A stretch of 33,678 bases of DNA. It comes from Octopus bimaculoides. Taxonomy: Eukaryota. Below the pieces are notes generated by a model, which saw only the letters and a list, made by a program, of their open reading frames with translations, was not told where the DNA came from and searched no databases. The translations under genes were made by a program, and so were the position numbers. Positions 1-12,054 of the stretch are shown here, piece after piece. The stretch is from NCBI RefSeq assembly GCF_001194135.2, contig NC_068998.1, forward strand, positions 46,816,819 through 46,850,496, read 5' to 3'. The first letter of the stretch is position 1; the number at the start of each line of letters is the position of its first letter.

Positions 1-13
1 TATATATCTCCAT

Positions 14-170
14 ACGACGACTTTCTCTCAGTTTCCGTCTACCAAATCCATTCACAAAGCATTGGTCGGCCCGAAGCTATAGTAGAAGGCACTTGCCAAA
101 GGTGCTGCGCAGTAGGATTGAACCTGGAACCATGTGGTTTAGATCGAAGCTTACCACACGGCAACGCCTA
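14..170 (-). mobile_element. tRNA-derived SINE family A (probably octopus OR/CORE-type), short form
   Basis: The reverse complement aligns with the + strand copies at 15166, 29129 and 30837: GTGTGGTAAG head, B-box-like GGTTCAATCC, CCTTTGGCAAGTGCC core-like segment, CCGACCAATGC..GGTAGACGGAAACTGAGAGAAAG 3' part ending in TA. Confidence 0.85.
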
Positions 171-179
171 TGATGTATC

Positions 180-443
180 TATATATCGTTGCTATTATGT
201 TAAACTGTCGTATGACCAAATTTGGCCAAATGCATTTTTTTTTTCAATATTTATTTTTGCTTGCAATAACCGGTTCTTTTGGTCAAACTATCGTATCTCC
301 AGCTGCTTCAGATGCCAAGATATCAAAAATTGTCAAAGTGTAGTACAACGGTTTTGCTATGGAATGGTGAAACTATTTTTTCTTTATCTGAAAATGTAAC
401 GTTTTGGACCGACGGCACTTTCGCATAATAGCAACGATATATA
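180..443. mobile_element. MITE with terminal inverted repeats, TA-flanked
   Basis: TATATATCGTTGCTATTATG (180-199) is the exact reverse complement of CATAATAGCAACGATATATA (424-443). The inverted match continues imperfectly to about 41 bp. No coding capacity. Confidence 0.7.
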
Positions 444-446
444 TAG

Positions 447-539
447 ATATATACATACACGTATATACGCATGTATATATGAACAAATGTGTAAACATAC
501 CTGTATTTGCGTATGTATATCTATATCTATGAATTTCTA

Positions 540-584
<45 letters not shown>

Positions 585-720
585 GTCTATCTGTCTATCT
601 ATCTATCTACACATATATATATGTTATATTATATATTACATATACACACATACACACACACAGATACATATATATGAACATACCTTCCTACAGACATACG
701 CACATACACATATTTATACG
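447..720. repeat. Compound microsatellite (TA/CA/CT/CTAT)
   Basis: Directly visible (CT)n at 544-571 followed by (CTAT)n and TA/CA-rich tracts. Confidence 0.9.
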
Positions 721-985
721 CAAATACGTTAGCAAACGAAATGCGTACGAAATATCAAAACAACTGGCAGGATTAATGAGATAAGCCGAATGTATATATT
801 TAGTTAAATATGGCCTCCGGGTGTTGATTTGCGATTCTACATTTTTATTTTATGACTAAGGATAGATATTACACTGCAAAATAGGTGTAGACGTAAAAAT
901 TCTTTTTAGTATTCTGTGTATGCATGTATGTGCATATACACACACATACNNNNNNNNNNNNNNNNNNNNNNNNNNNNNNNNNNNN

Positions 986-1408
986 CATATATATATATAC
1001 ACACACATACATATATATCTATAAAGTATATATCTAGGTATACATACATATATATGTATATATATACATATATATATATAAAGTATATATCTGTGTATAC
1101 ATACAAACACACACATATATATACATATATACATATATACATACATATATACATATATATACATATACTTATATATATAGGTATATATATATGTATGTAT
1201 CAATGTATCTATGTATAGATGTATGGTCTGTTCTGTTATACGACTGACTAAATTGTGATACCTCTCTCTCTGTCTCTCTGTCTCTCTGTTTCTCTATCTC
1301 TCTGTTTCTCTGTCTATCTGTCTCTCCATGAGTCTGTCTCTCTGTCAATCTGTCCATTTGTCTATCATCCTGTCTGTTCGTCTGTCTGTCTGCTTGTCTG
1401 CCCGTCTG

Positions 1409-1501
<93 letters not shown>

Positions 1502-1670
1502 ATATCTATCTATCTATATGTGTGTCTGTTTGTCAGTCTGTCGGATTGTCTATCCTTTTGTCTGCCTGTCTATCACTTTACCTACATCTATATCAGTCTC
1601 GCTGTCAGTTTGCCCCTCTCTCTCTTTCTCCTTCTCTATTTCTTTCCCCCTCTGTCTCTCTTACTCTCTA
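986..1670. repeat. Degenerate (TA/CA)n followed by (CT)n/(TCTG)n/(TCTA)n low-complexity block
   Basis: Visible tandem di- and tetranucleotides that account for all overlapping ORFs here. Confidence 0.9.
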
Positions 1671-2097
1671 CCCCCTCCCACCAACCACACCCTTCGTTGA
1701 GGGAATATAACGGAGCATGTTATCAGTAATCTTAGTGCACACTTCAAAAAGAGGCTTTACTCGTTCATCAACAAAATGGCCTACCTAATACACCTCAAGG
1801 GAGCATTCAATATATTAAACACTCATAGAGTAAGGCTAGTGGAGCGGAGTGAATTTAGTGAAATTGGTCAGGAAATACACCAATGGCTGTCCCACCAGAT
1901 TTCGTATGTGACTAAAATGGCTAGAACTTTCTAATGAGAAATGAAATGTAAGGATGTATATGATAGCACGTAAAGATAGCGACGATAGAGGTGATATGTG
2001 TGAAATTAATAGCTGCAAGAAGATTGGCGGTTGAATAATAATGATATCATGAGCAATAAATTATCTTGGATAGACAGAGCCCAATGGATACATGCTC

Positions 2098-2164
<67 letters not shown>

Positions 2165-2181
2165 CATATACATACAAACAT

Positions 2182-2268
<87 letters not shown>
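2098..2268. repeat. Alternating (CA)n/(TA)n microsatellite
   Basis: Directly visible. Confidence 0.95.
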
Positions 2269-2555
2269 CAGGGGTTGGACAAAATAATGGAAACGCCTAG
2301 CATCATAGCATCATAATTTTGAAATATCTATAAAACTGTCAAAAGCTTGTTTATTTCTATGTTTTTTTATTTATTATTAGTGTTGCTTAATATGTTTTGC
2401 TAATAATTTTAAAAATCGAACTGCACCCTTCAAAACTTGTACTAAGAATAAGGACAAGGTAAAATTACTACCTGCTTTTATAGCCAGATGATGCTGAAAG
2501 TTTATCCCTACTCCTCCGAGATTTAGTTCATGCAACTGAAAAAAAAACGTATCAT
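2269..2555. mobile_element. End of a Tc1-like (probably non-autonomous) DNA transposon, cut by an assembly gap
   Basis: TA followed by CAGGGGTTGGACAAAATAATGGAAAC, a Tc1-type terminus inserted at a TA run. The partner TIR is not visible because of the gap at 2556-2835. Confidence 0.55.
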
Positions 2556-2835
2556 NNNNNNNNNNNNNNNNNNNNNNNNNNNNNNNNNNNNNNNNNNNNN
2601 NNNNNNNNNNNNNNNNNNNNNNNNNNNNNNNNNNNNNNNNNNNNNNNNNNNNNNNNNNNNNNNNNNNNNNNNNNNNNNNNNNNNNNNNNNNNNNNNNNNN
2701 NNNNNNNNNNNNNNNNNNNNNNNNNNNNNNNNNNNNNNNNNNNNNNNNNNNNNNNNNNNNNNNNNNNNNNNNNNNNNNNNNNNNNNNNNNNNNNNNNNNN
2801 NNNNNNNNNNNNNNNNNNNNNNNNNNNNNNNNNNN

Positions 2836-2880
<45 letters not shown>

Positions 2881-3009
2881 TGCACGTTTTTTTTTTGTCT
2901 TGGAATATTTTGTAGTAAACATTACAGAATCACTTGAAGCACTATGTTCTACTTCAGAAAATCTCTCTGTTTGTAGCAGACATCAGATGGACACTAGAAT
3001 TGATAATTA

Positions 3010-3205
3010 TTTAATAATGGTTTCAAATTTTGGCAGAAGACTAAGAAATATGAGAAGAAGGAGCAAGTCGATGTTATCGACCCCACTGGTAGGCAGGAAC
3101 TTATTTTTTTCGACCCTGAAAGTACGAACGGCAAAGTCGACCTCAGCGGAATTTAAACTCAGAATGTAAAGCATTTTGTTCAAGACTGCTAGCAATTCTT
3201 CCTGC
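3010..3205 (-). mobile_element. tRNA-derived SINE family B, degraded
   Basis: TCGACCCTGAAAG..GGCAAAGTCGACCTCAGCGGAATTTAAACTCAGAATGTAA matches the intact copy at 6899-7132. Confidence 0.75.
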
Positions 3206-3529
3206 TTATCGCTTTGGATACAATATCTGATATCACAGTTCTGCATTGCATTTAACTGGGAAGAGACTAGGCGTAGCAACAATAATAATAAGCTAGATTT
3301 AAAAGCCATTTTTCCAAAGTATCCTATGTTTCTGAGAATTTTAAAAGGGTATTTTGTTTACAAAAGAATTTTTGTTTTCCGATTTTCTTGTAATATTATG
3401 GCTTGTATGTTAGAGGCAATTTTGTAATGTCTAGAATATGTTCTGAGGAGTAGTTCTATCCTGTTCATCGTTATGTAATTATACCGTCATACAATTAAAT
3501 ACATATATATATATATGTGTATATACATG

Positions 3530-3563
<34 letters not shown>

Positions 3564-3619
3564 TGTATGCACGTATGTATGTAACATATGGTATAATTAT
3601 AAACATGGCGGATCTTAGC

Positions 3620-3700
3620 CATTTCTCCGCAGACTGAAAAAATGATGAACAACATTAGTCGATTTTCGAACCTTATTGGGTTCTCATCAGAGGAGTCTAC
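3620..3700 (-). ncRNA. Hammerhead-ribozyme-like core (degenerate)
   Basis: Minus strand reads CTGATGA (3690-3684), GAACC-CAATAA-GGTTC (perfect 5-bp stem II), GAAA (3667-3664). Stems I and III are not clean. Confidence 0.45.
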
Positions 3701-4661
3701 ATCATTCTGACAGTCTCCATATGTGTGTGTGTGTGTGTGTGTGTGAGTGTGTGTGTGTGAGTGTGTGTAGGGGTTTTTACCCAATTTTCCAGGCTGTTTG
3801 CATAGCTATTCCGCGATCGAAGTTTACTTTATTTTCTGTAAAATACCGCCCCACTCGATGACGTTTGTTCATATATATATGTATAAACACAGTTGAAAGT
3901 ATTTGTGTAGAAGTGTGACGCTTTGTGTGCATATTCATGTGTTTACATGCATACGTATGTAAGTGCATCTCAGTGCTTTTGTATGTGTTTCCAATCTTGA
4001 TTTTGTTGTAAATCGAACCTACTTCCTCATATTCATCATAATACAAACCTTGCCACTACTATCATGAGTACCATTACCACCAGTACGTCTACCACCGCCA
4101 CTAACACCACCACCACTACTACTGCCCTTACAACTATCAATGACACAACTACAGCTCTCCTACCAGCACCAACACTACCGTCATCATCATTAACACCCAC
4201 CACACTTATTTGACTAACCTGGCACAATGTTCCTAACTTCACTGCAGTACCTAGTTTGATAGTTAAATATGCAAAAGAATAAATCGTTCGTTCACCGAAA
4301 AACGAAACGTAATTGCATTATAATTGCATTATAAATAAAGGTTAATGCGGCATCTATTGTATGAAGTAGACTTTTAGAAGAATGGCGGCGATAAAATATG
4401 GCTGATTATCAACGAGACTTGGAAAAACTAACATTACGAGACTTTGGTACACACACACACACAAACATGCACATGACATACTCACACACACACACACATG
4501 AACGCACGCACATACATATATATGTATATATTTATGAATATATAATGTTGCTGTATGACTAAAAGTTACGTTAAAAGGTTTTTGTCTCTTTAAAATATTA
4601 TTTATTCATATAATTACACACATACACATATGCATAAAACTTATATACGCAGTTACACACT

Positions 4662-4729
<68 letters not shown>

Positions 4730-5249
4730 CACNNNNNNNNNNNNNNNNNNNNNNNNNNNNNNNNNNNNNNNNNNNNNNNNNNNNNNNNNNNNNNNNNNNN
4801 NNNNNNNNNNNNNNNNNNNNNNNNNNNNNNNNNNNNNNNNNNNNNNNNNNNNNNNNNNNNNNNNNNNNNNNNNNNNNNNNNNNNNNNNNNNNNNNNNNNN
4901 NNNNNNNNNNNNNNNNNNNNNNNNNNNNNNNNNNNNNNNNNNNNNNNNNNNNNNNNNNNNNNNNNNNNNNNNNNNNNNNNNNNNNNNNNNNNNNNNNNNN
5001 NNTATAAATGAAAGTAAGAGCACAATGTTGTTTGTTGCTTTGAATAGATGCGTGTCTGGAAATTCTTATGCAATATTAAATATATTGTATATAATTCAAG
5101 ATTGACATTTATTCCGAACCATGCTCTGTTGGTACTAAATCAAGTCAAACTTTTACCATTATATGAATTTCTTTGCATCAGTTACGTAATAATGTCTTCA
5201 TAAGAAAATATGACCGCATGAAAAAAAAAAAATCAGTAGTTGTAGGGAA

Positions 5250-5298
5250 AGGAATCCTGATGTGCCTAAAGGAAGTCGAAACTGCTCGATCGAATCCT
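5250..5298 (+). ncRNA. Degenerate hammerhead-like motif
   Basis: AGGAATC-CTGATGT-GCCTAAAGGAAGTC-GAAA-CTGCTCG-ATC-GAATCCT. Stem I pairs 6 of 7 and there is an AUC triplet, but A9 is T and stems II and III are poor. Confidence 0.3.
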
Positions 5299-5384
5299 AA
5301 GTGTTGTTATCTACCGAACATCTTATATTTATTTGCAGGGTACATATTCCCAATGAGACTAAACATATGGTCTAAATCATCATC

Positions 5385-5570
5385 ATCAACATATTCATCA
5401 TCATCGTCATCGTCATCATCATCATCATCATCATCATCCCCACCACCACTACAGCTACAACCATCTTTACCTCCTCGTCCTCCAGCAGCAGCAGGAGCGC
5501 CAGCACCACCACCACCACCACCACACTCACAACCACAACCACAACCACCACCTTAATTCTTCTTCTTCTT

Positions 5571-5640
<70 letters not shown>

Positions 5641-5652
5641 AACTACTACTAC

Positions 5653-5735
<83 letters not shown>
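5385..5735. repeat. Compound trinucleotide array (CAT)n/(CCA)n/(TTC)n/(TAC)n/(TAT)n/(TAG)n
   Basis: Directly visible. Confidence 0.95.
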
Positions 5736-5764
5736 ATTAATTAATTAGTTATCAAGTATTTCAT

Positions 5765-6145
5765 TTGCTTTCTGACTGAAATTTTGTCGATCATTGCCTT
5801 TCTCAAATTTGTCCCAAGAGCTTATCTCTCAGCGGTTTCGCTACTTCACTTCAAGTTCCCGTCTGTCAGCCAGAGCATGCATTCTTTACTTCCAATATTC
5901 TCGGCTTGTTACCTGAACAGACTATATAATTCCATTTCTTTCCATTTACTCGCTCGATTCTTTCTCTCTTTGAATCTTCCTACTGTTTCAATCATTCTTT
6001 GGGCATCTCTAGCTACCGATAATGTTCGTTCTTTACTCTGTATACCAGAATTTTTCAATCCCAATCTTGCAGTAACTAACGATGTCTTCTGCGTTTAATA
6101 ATCCTCTGTCAACTTTCTTTCATGGTAGGTAGAGTCTGTCGGCAT
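5765..6145 (-). mobile_element. R4/Dong-like (RLE-type) non-LTR retrotransposon fragment, post-RT region, with stops
   Basis: My translation of the minus strand gives ADRLYLP*KKVDRGLLNAED and WKEMELYSLFR*QAENIGSKECMLWLTDGNLK*...ALGTNLRKAMIDK. These resemble the DRLYLPRKEGGRGL and W..K.LHG.F...WL..G.LK...QAL.TN motifs between the RT and CCHC/RLE domains of this group. Confidence 0.75.
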
Positions 6146-6199
6146 TATTTTTAGGGTGGTGTGTATTGTATATTATGAACAGCTTTTCTAGTCCCTCTA

Positions 6200-6804
6200 T
6201 TCAAGTTCGGTAGCCCGGCCTTAGTCACTTTCGTGCGTACCCGCGCGTGTATTTGAATGCGTGCGGGTATGTGTGTGGGAGAGAGTCCATGAATGCTTGC
6301 AGCTGTAGAAAAGTGTTTGTTTGTATGTGTGTCTGTAAAGTTTGGGAGGTCTCTGTCTAGGTGTATATGTGTGTGTGTACGTGTATGTGCACGCGTGTGT
6401 GTGAGTATGTGTGTGGTATATGTGTTTGCGTGGGTCTGTTCGTAAGTTTCTTGTGTTTGCGACTGTGTAACAGAATATCTGCATATGTGTTTCTGTAAGT
6501 GAGTTTTGAGGCGCCTGTGCATCTGTAGGGGTGTTTGCAAATGTATATGTGTGTGTATGTGTGTCTGGATGAGTGTGTACGTGTGTCTATGAGAGTATAT
6601 ATGCATCTGTGAATGTGTTTGTGATTTCTCAGAAATAAATTTCCAAATAAACCATGTTAGCAGGGTTCCTAAAAGTGAGGTATAAATGAATACATGCATA
6701 AAGACACACGCACGCACACACACACATACACATTTACACACATCCGCACACAAACACATACATACATACACACATGCACGCACACACACATACACACGCA
6801 CACG

Positions 6805-6835
<31 letters not shown>

Positions 6836-6880
6836 TCACATACATATATACATACGCATACACACACACACGAGTAACGT
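6200..6880. repeat. Degenerate GT-rich then CA/TA microsatellite region
   Basis: Visible. The 238-aa minus ORF is an H/T/V/C-rich read-through. Confidence 0.8.
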
Positions 6881-6898
6881 GCACAATAACATTATAAT

Positions 6899-7132
6899 TA
6901 TTTCTTTATTGCCCACAAGGGGTTAAACATAGAGGAGACAAACAACGACAGATAAAGGGATTAAGTCGATTACACCGACCCCAGTGCGTAACTGGTACTT
7001 ATTTAATCGACCCCGAAAAGGGTGAAAGGCAAAGTCGACCTCGGCAGAATTTGAACTCAGAACGTAATGGCAGACGAAATACCGCTTAGCATTTCGCCCG
7101 GCGTGCTAACGATTCTACCAGCTCGCCGCCTT
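6899..7132 (-). mobile_element. Full-length tRNA-derived SINE family B with 16-bp target-site duplication
   Basis: Minus strand begins AAGGCGGCGAGCTGGTAGAATCG, has B-box GAGTTCAAATTC, central GAGGTCGACTTTGCCTTTCACCC..GGGGTCGATTAAATAAGTACCAG, and ends GCAATAAAGAAATA. TSD ACAATAACATTATAAT at 6883-6898 and 7133-7148. Confidence 0.92.
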
Positions 7133-7468
7133 ACAATAACATTATAATGCATGCATACACTAATACACAAACGAACTCACATATAGAAAGGAGAAAAAAG
7201 AGGGAGAGAGGTGTGGGGAATACCTGAGAACATGTGTTTTTAGTAAACGCACACATTCACTCTGGCGGTAAAACCCGATATTGTGGTTGAATCGCATGTT
7301 TTTGTATCTCTCTGTGGGGTTAGGAAATGGATATCTGATCGGTTAGTTTCAGTGTTTATAGCTGCATCATCAGAAATTGTTTTTTCTGACCATAAAGAAA
7401 ATAAATAGTAGCTTATACTTATGTGTATTACACATACACAGTCACACACGCATACATACACACACATT

Positions 7469-7509
<41 letters not shown>

Positions 7510-7569
7510 GTAACAATTAATCGAGAATCGATGTATGTAGTCTTCAGTTGTTAAATTTTAACTTCTATT

Positions 7570-7725
7570 GAGGCGTGCATGAACAGGCCAACGATCGAAG
7601 CCATTCCAGCTGTGGTCACCTCATCGTATTTGATGTATCCATGTACTCTTTTGCTTTAAGACGATATGACATGATTTGGATTCAGCTGCTATGTTCAGCA
7701 TACTGAGTAAGCACGTACAAGTCCT
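7570..7725. mobile_element. Fragment of a further dispersed repeat (SINE-like, family D)
   Basis: TTCAGCTGCTATGTTCAGCATACTGAG resembles TTCAGCTGCTATTCCTAGCAGGTC (about 31935-31960) and TTGGCTGCATTTTCAAG (about 16800). Confidence 0.4.
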
Positions 7726-8089
7726 CTCATTATCTCGACCTTATGTTTTGTATTCTAGTGTAGAGGAGAGTTAAACACACAGAGTTCCTCTTTATGGGAA
7801 ACCTGTAGTACCAGTATCGGTGATGATTGCTGGTTGTTGTCTTGACGATGACGGTCTTCCATATATTTACCTCATTTATAAAAATGAAGTTGAACATTAA
7901 TTATGTTGATGTACTGCTCCGCTTCTCTGAAGCCTAGAAGTGATTTCCTGCGAATCTTCAAGTATCTAATGTCTCATACCGCCATTCACGGGGTGTCAGG
8001 ATGTTTACATACACCTACACAGGCGCACACATAATACATATACACACACATACATACGCACATAGAATAAATTACATATATACATATGC

Positions 8090-8140
<51 letters not shown>

Positions 8141-8684
8141 TGAGTGTGTGTGTGTGTGTATTTCTGCAGCTGTATACAGTATCGTGCAATAAGCAAAGGA
8201 ATACTGTATAAACATACATAAAGTATGCATGTATCTATGCAATATCCTTACACATAAACACACACACATGCATACACATATACGCACACAAATATGTGTA
8301 TGTAGATGTATGTATGTACACACGCACACACACACACGCATACACACACACACACACACATATATATATGTATATATATATATATATNNNNNNNNNNNNN
8401 NNNNNNNNNNNNNNNNNNNNNNNNNNNNNNNNNNNNNNNNNNNNNNNNNNNNNNNNNNNNNNNNNNNNNNNNNNNNNNNNNNNNNNNNNNNNNNNNNNNN
8501 NNNNNNNNNNNNNNNNNNNNNNNNNNNNNNNNNNNNNNNNNNNNNNNNNNNNNNNNNNNNNNNNNNNNNNNNNNNNNNNNNNNNNNNNNNNNNNNNNNNN
8601 NNNNNNNNNNNNNNNNNNNNNNNNNNNNNNNNNNNNNNNNNNNNNNNNNNNNNNNNNNNNNNNNTATATATATATATATATATT

Positions 8685-9490
8685 ATCAGCTTACTCAAGA
8701 AATGAAGAGGCATGCTGTTATTGTGGTTATAAAGGCTGAGCACAGCAATTTAGAAATGTCTTGATTTTTAAAAGTTGCAAGATCTTTCGTCTACAAAGTT
8801 TGTAAGGAGCTAGAGAGACTGAAGATGGAAACGTATCACCAGTATGAAAGCATAAAAAGCATTCTAAACACTCTGAAACCATCAGAACACCTGAATTTAT
8901 CCAGCAAGGTCAATAGACCATTGATTACAATCCCAGATAGTCCATGAGGTCAACTGCAAAAGATCTGCATGCGTCCCAAGGAACAATCAGAAATGTTGTC
9001 CACGAAGACACCCGATATAAATCTTATATGATGAGAAAAGGTCAATTTGTCAGAAAAAGCAAAAGAAAATCACTACATCAAATCTAAAAGGCTTTTAAAC
9101 AAACTGAAAAATCTAGCAGAAGATTTGATTTGGCTTTTCTCAAACGAGAAAAACTTCGACCAAGGTTAAAAAGTTAACAGAAGAAATGACAGATGGTTAT
9201 GTGCAGACCCTTCTGAAGTTCCAAGTGTTATACATACAAAATTTTCTGTAATTGTCATGTTTTTAAAGGTTCTCAGCAATGAAGGGCATGCAAGGCCTCC
9301 TTACTTCTTTCCACAAGTCCTTAGAGTTAACTCTGACGTCTAGATCGAGGTCCTGGAAATAATTGTTAAGCCCTGTGTAAGACTCTGCACTATCACACAT
9401 GGCTCTAGTAACACAAGAGTAAATAGCTGAAAATTTTCATGATCACATAACTTTAACATTTGGCCTCCTAAATCCCCAGATTTCAATCCA
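8685..9490 (+). mobile_element. Decayed DD37D (maT-like) transposase
   Basis: Frameshifted translation: MKRHAVIV..KVARSFVYKV (HTH), LIWLFSNEKNF (FSDEK position), RRNDRW, VLSNEGH..PPYFFPQ, DSALSH, WPPKSPDFNP. The spacing from the second D would put the third D 37 residues later, but the sequence is truncated just before it. Confidence 0.8.
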
Positions 9491-9494
9491 ATTC

Positions 9495-9612
9495 GCTGCA
9501 TTTTGTTTGTCTTTACGTCCCGAGTTCAAATTCCATCGAGGTTGACTTCACCTTTCATCCTTTGGGTTCGATAAAGTAAGTAATAGTTGAACACTGAAGT
9601 GTCTATCGACTT
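9495..9612 (+). mobile_element. SINE family B, partial
   Basis: GAGTTCAAATTCCATCGAGGTTGACTTCACCTTTCATCCTTTGGGTTCGATAAAGTAAGTA matches the family B core. Confidence 0.8.
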
Positions 9613-9614
9613 TC

Positions 9615-10010
9615 ACGCTGCTCCTCTCAAACAACACAAGCTCGTAAAATCCTGTATTGCTTGTTTAACCACGTGGACGATGGAGGATCTTGAGATGATT
9701 CATACAAAAGCTGATCAACATCACTTTCATATTTCAGCGACCCTAACGTGATTTTGTTTGACAGAAAAGACGCGTAACCAATCCATTGCAACTTCTGCCA
9801 TTTTATTCTGATATCGAGGACTTTCATCCATGTTTCATTACTGTTTTCAGTAAAATTTCACCAATATTAAAACCATCAAACAGCTCTTGGCTGAATGCGA
9901 TTCAGTCTTCATTTTCTTCATCTGTCAGCAGACACCGGACAGATTCTGCGGCTACATCAGCAATCTTTATTTTCTTCCATAAAATCAGGTGTCATAAACT
10001 TTCCACAGAA
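9615..10010 (-). mobile_element. Decayed mariner-type transposase (N-terminal half of the catalytic region)
   Basis: Minus-strand mosaic: VAAESVRCLLTDEENED*IAFSQEL (cf. VAAKFVPRLLT), NETW (cf. GDETW), KLQW, NMKVMLISF (cf. NVKVMLTVF), with several frameshifts. Confidence 0.75.
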
Positions 10011-10385
10011 AGTGTATTTGCTAAACTAATCAATAGAAAGATCTATATATCTGTTATAAAAAGCCTGGAATAAAAGCATATGATTGTAAACAGGGATAAT
10101 TAAACAAGGATTAAGATTATTTATGTTTAACAAACATATTATTCCGTCATTGTGTGTTGTTAATATTTGGAATCAGGTGGCGCCTTCTATACTACATTTA
10201 GACGAGAAGGGAAGAATATACCATACGATATTTTGCATTTTATGTGACAACACTATTTTATAATTACATCGATTATATTGTTGCTTATTCGACCGTAACA
10301 CAAAGTCTATATACGTTTATCTCATATTTATTATTTAACCAAATCTATCAGCAAAATCACATTTCAGTGTGCATGTGTGTGTGTA

Positions 10386-10427
<42 letters not shown>

Positions 10428-11187
10428 TGTGTGTGTGTGTGTGTTAAGAGGATTATGCATAGACATATGTCTTCGTTTATCATTTCTATCATGTTGTTGG
10501 GGGTATATGTCTATATATGAGTGTCTGTGTTGAGTGTATANNNNNNNNNNNNNNNNNNNNNNNNNNNNNNNNNNNNNNNNNNNNNNNNNNNNNNNNNNNN
10601 NNNNNNNNNNNNNNNNNNNNNNNNNNNNNNNNNNNNNNNNNNNNNNNNNNNNNNNNNNNNNNNNNNNNNNNNNNNNNNNNNNNNNNNNNNNNNNNNNNNN
10701 NNNNNNNNNNNNNNNNNNNNNNNNNNNNNNNNNNNNNNNNNNNNNNNNNNNNNNNNNNNNNNNNNNNNNNNNNNNNNNNNNNNNNNNNNNNNNNNNNNNN
10801 NNNNNNNNNNNNNNNNNNNNNNNNNNNNNNNNNNNNNNNNNNNNNNNNNNNNNNNNNNNNNNNNNNNNNNNNNNNNNNNNNNNNNNNNNNNNNNNNNNNN
10901 NNNNNNNNNNNNNNNNNNNNNNNNNNNNNNNNNNNNNNNNNNNNNNNNNNNNNNNNNNNNNNNNNNNNNNNNNNNNNNNNNNNNNNNNNNNNNNNNNNNN
11001 NNNNNNNNNNNNNNNNNNNNNNNNNNNNNNNNNNNNNNNNNNNNNNNNNNNNNNNNNNNNNNNNNNNNNNNNNNNNNNNNNNNNNNNNNNNNNNNNNNNN
11101 NNNNNNNNNNNNNNNNNNNNNNNNNNNNNNNNNNNNNNNNNNNNNNNNNNNNNNNNNNNNNNNNNNNNNNNNNNNNNNNNNNNNNNN

Positions 11188-11236
<49 letters not shown>

Positions 11237-11725
11237 GAATATACGCCATGTGAAGACACGTATGCGAATGTGTGTGTCATTTTAAAATATGTCAAAGAAC
11301 AAACGAACGTTCACGAAACAACAAAAAAACTAAATGAATAAACAAAAAAAATGTGCCTTGTGGGAACGCCAATGAGTTGCAGTGAAAAATAATCATATTT
11401 TATAATGGCAGACGATCGACTGTTAGAGTCCGCCATTTTACCTTCGTTTTAGAAAATGGTAGAGAAATGTCAGATTGACATTTTATTTGCCTTCTGTACT
11501 CTTCCTGCTCCTCCCAGTCATTTCCCCCCGCCTATTACAGTAGCTTTTAAAATACAGAAGACACAGTATCTCCTCCAGCCATCTGTTTATTAGCATCGAC
11601 CGATAACATATTTTTTTAATGCAACTTCTCTAACCTCTCGTTTACAGCTTTCTTGCAATATCTTTAGCACATCATTATAATCTTAGATAAATACATACGT
11701 GCACACAAAGGTATGTGTAAGCAGC

Positions 11726-11786
<61 letters not shown>

Positions 11787-12001
11787 TACACGCACACACA
11801 CACAGCACATGCACACTCATGCACACACATGCACACACACACATATGTATCTCTACATAAATGCATATACGTACACACACACATATATGTACATGTATAT
11901 ACGTTTATTCCATTCCCTTTGTTTCTAATTATATGTGTATGTATGTGTGTGTATGAATGTGTCTTTGTGTGTGTATGTGTACAAACACACACACACAATC
12001 A

Positions 12002-12054
<53 letters not shown>

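Noticed and set aside
4036-4242. Thr-rich mucin-like stretch or hydrophobic minus ORF
   Set aside because: Degenerate ACC/ACT repeat with no convincing splice sites or start context.
5173-5556. 127-aa ORF with poly-Ser/poly-Pro
   Set aside because: Spans an HHR-like relic and (CAT)/(CCA) repeats, so it is compositional.
9627-9827. 66-aa non-repetitive minus-strand ORF as a host exon
   Set aside because: It is one frame of a frameshifted mariner transposase (NETW, KVMLISF motifs in flanking frames).
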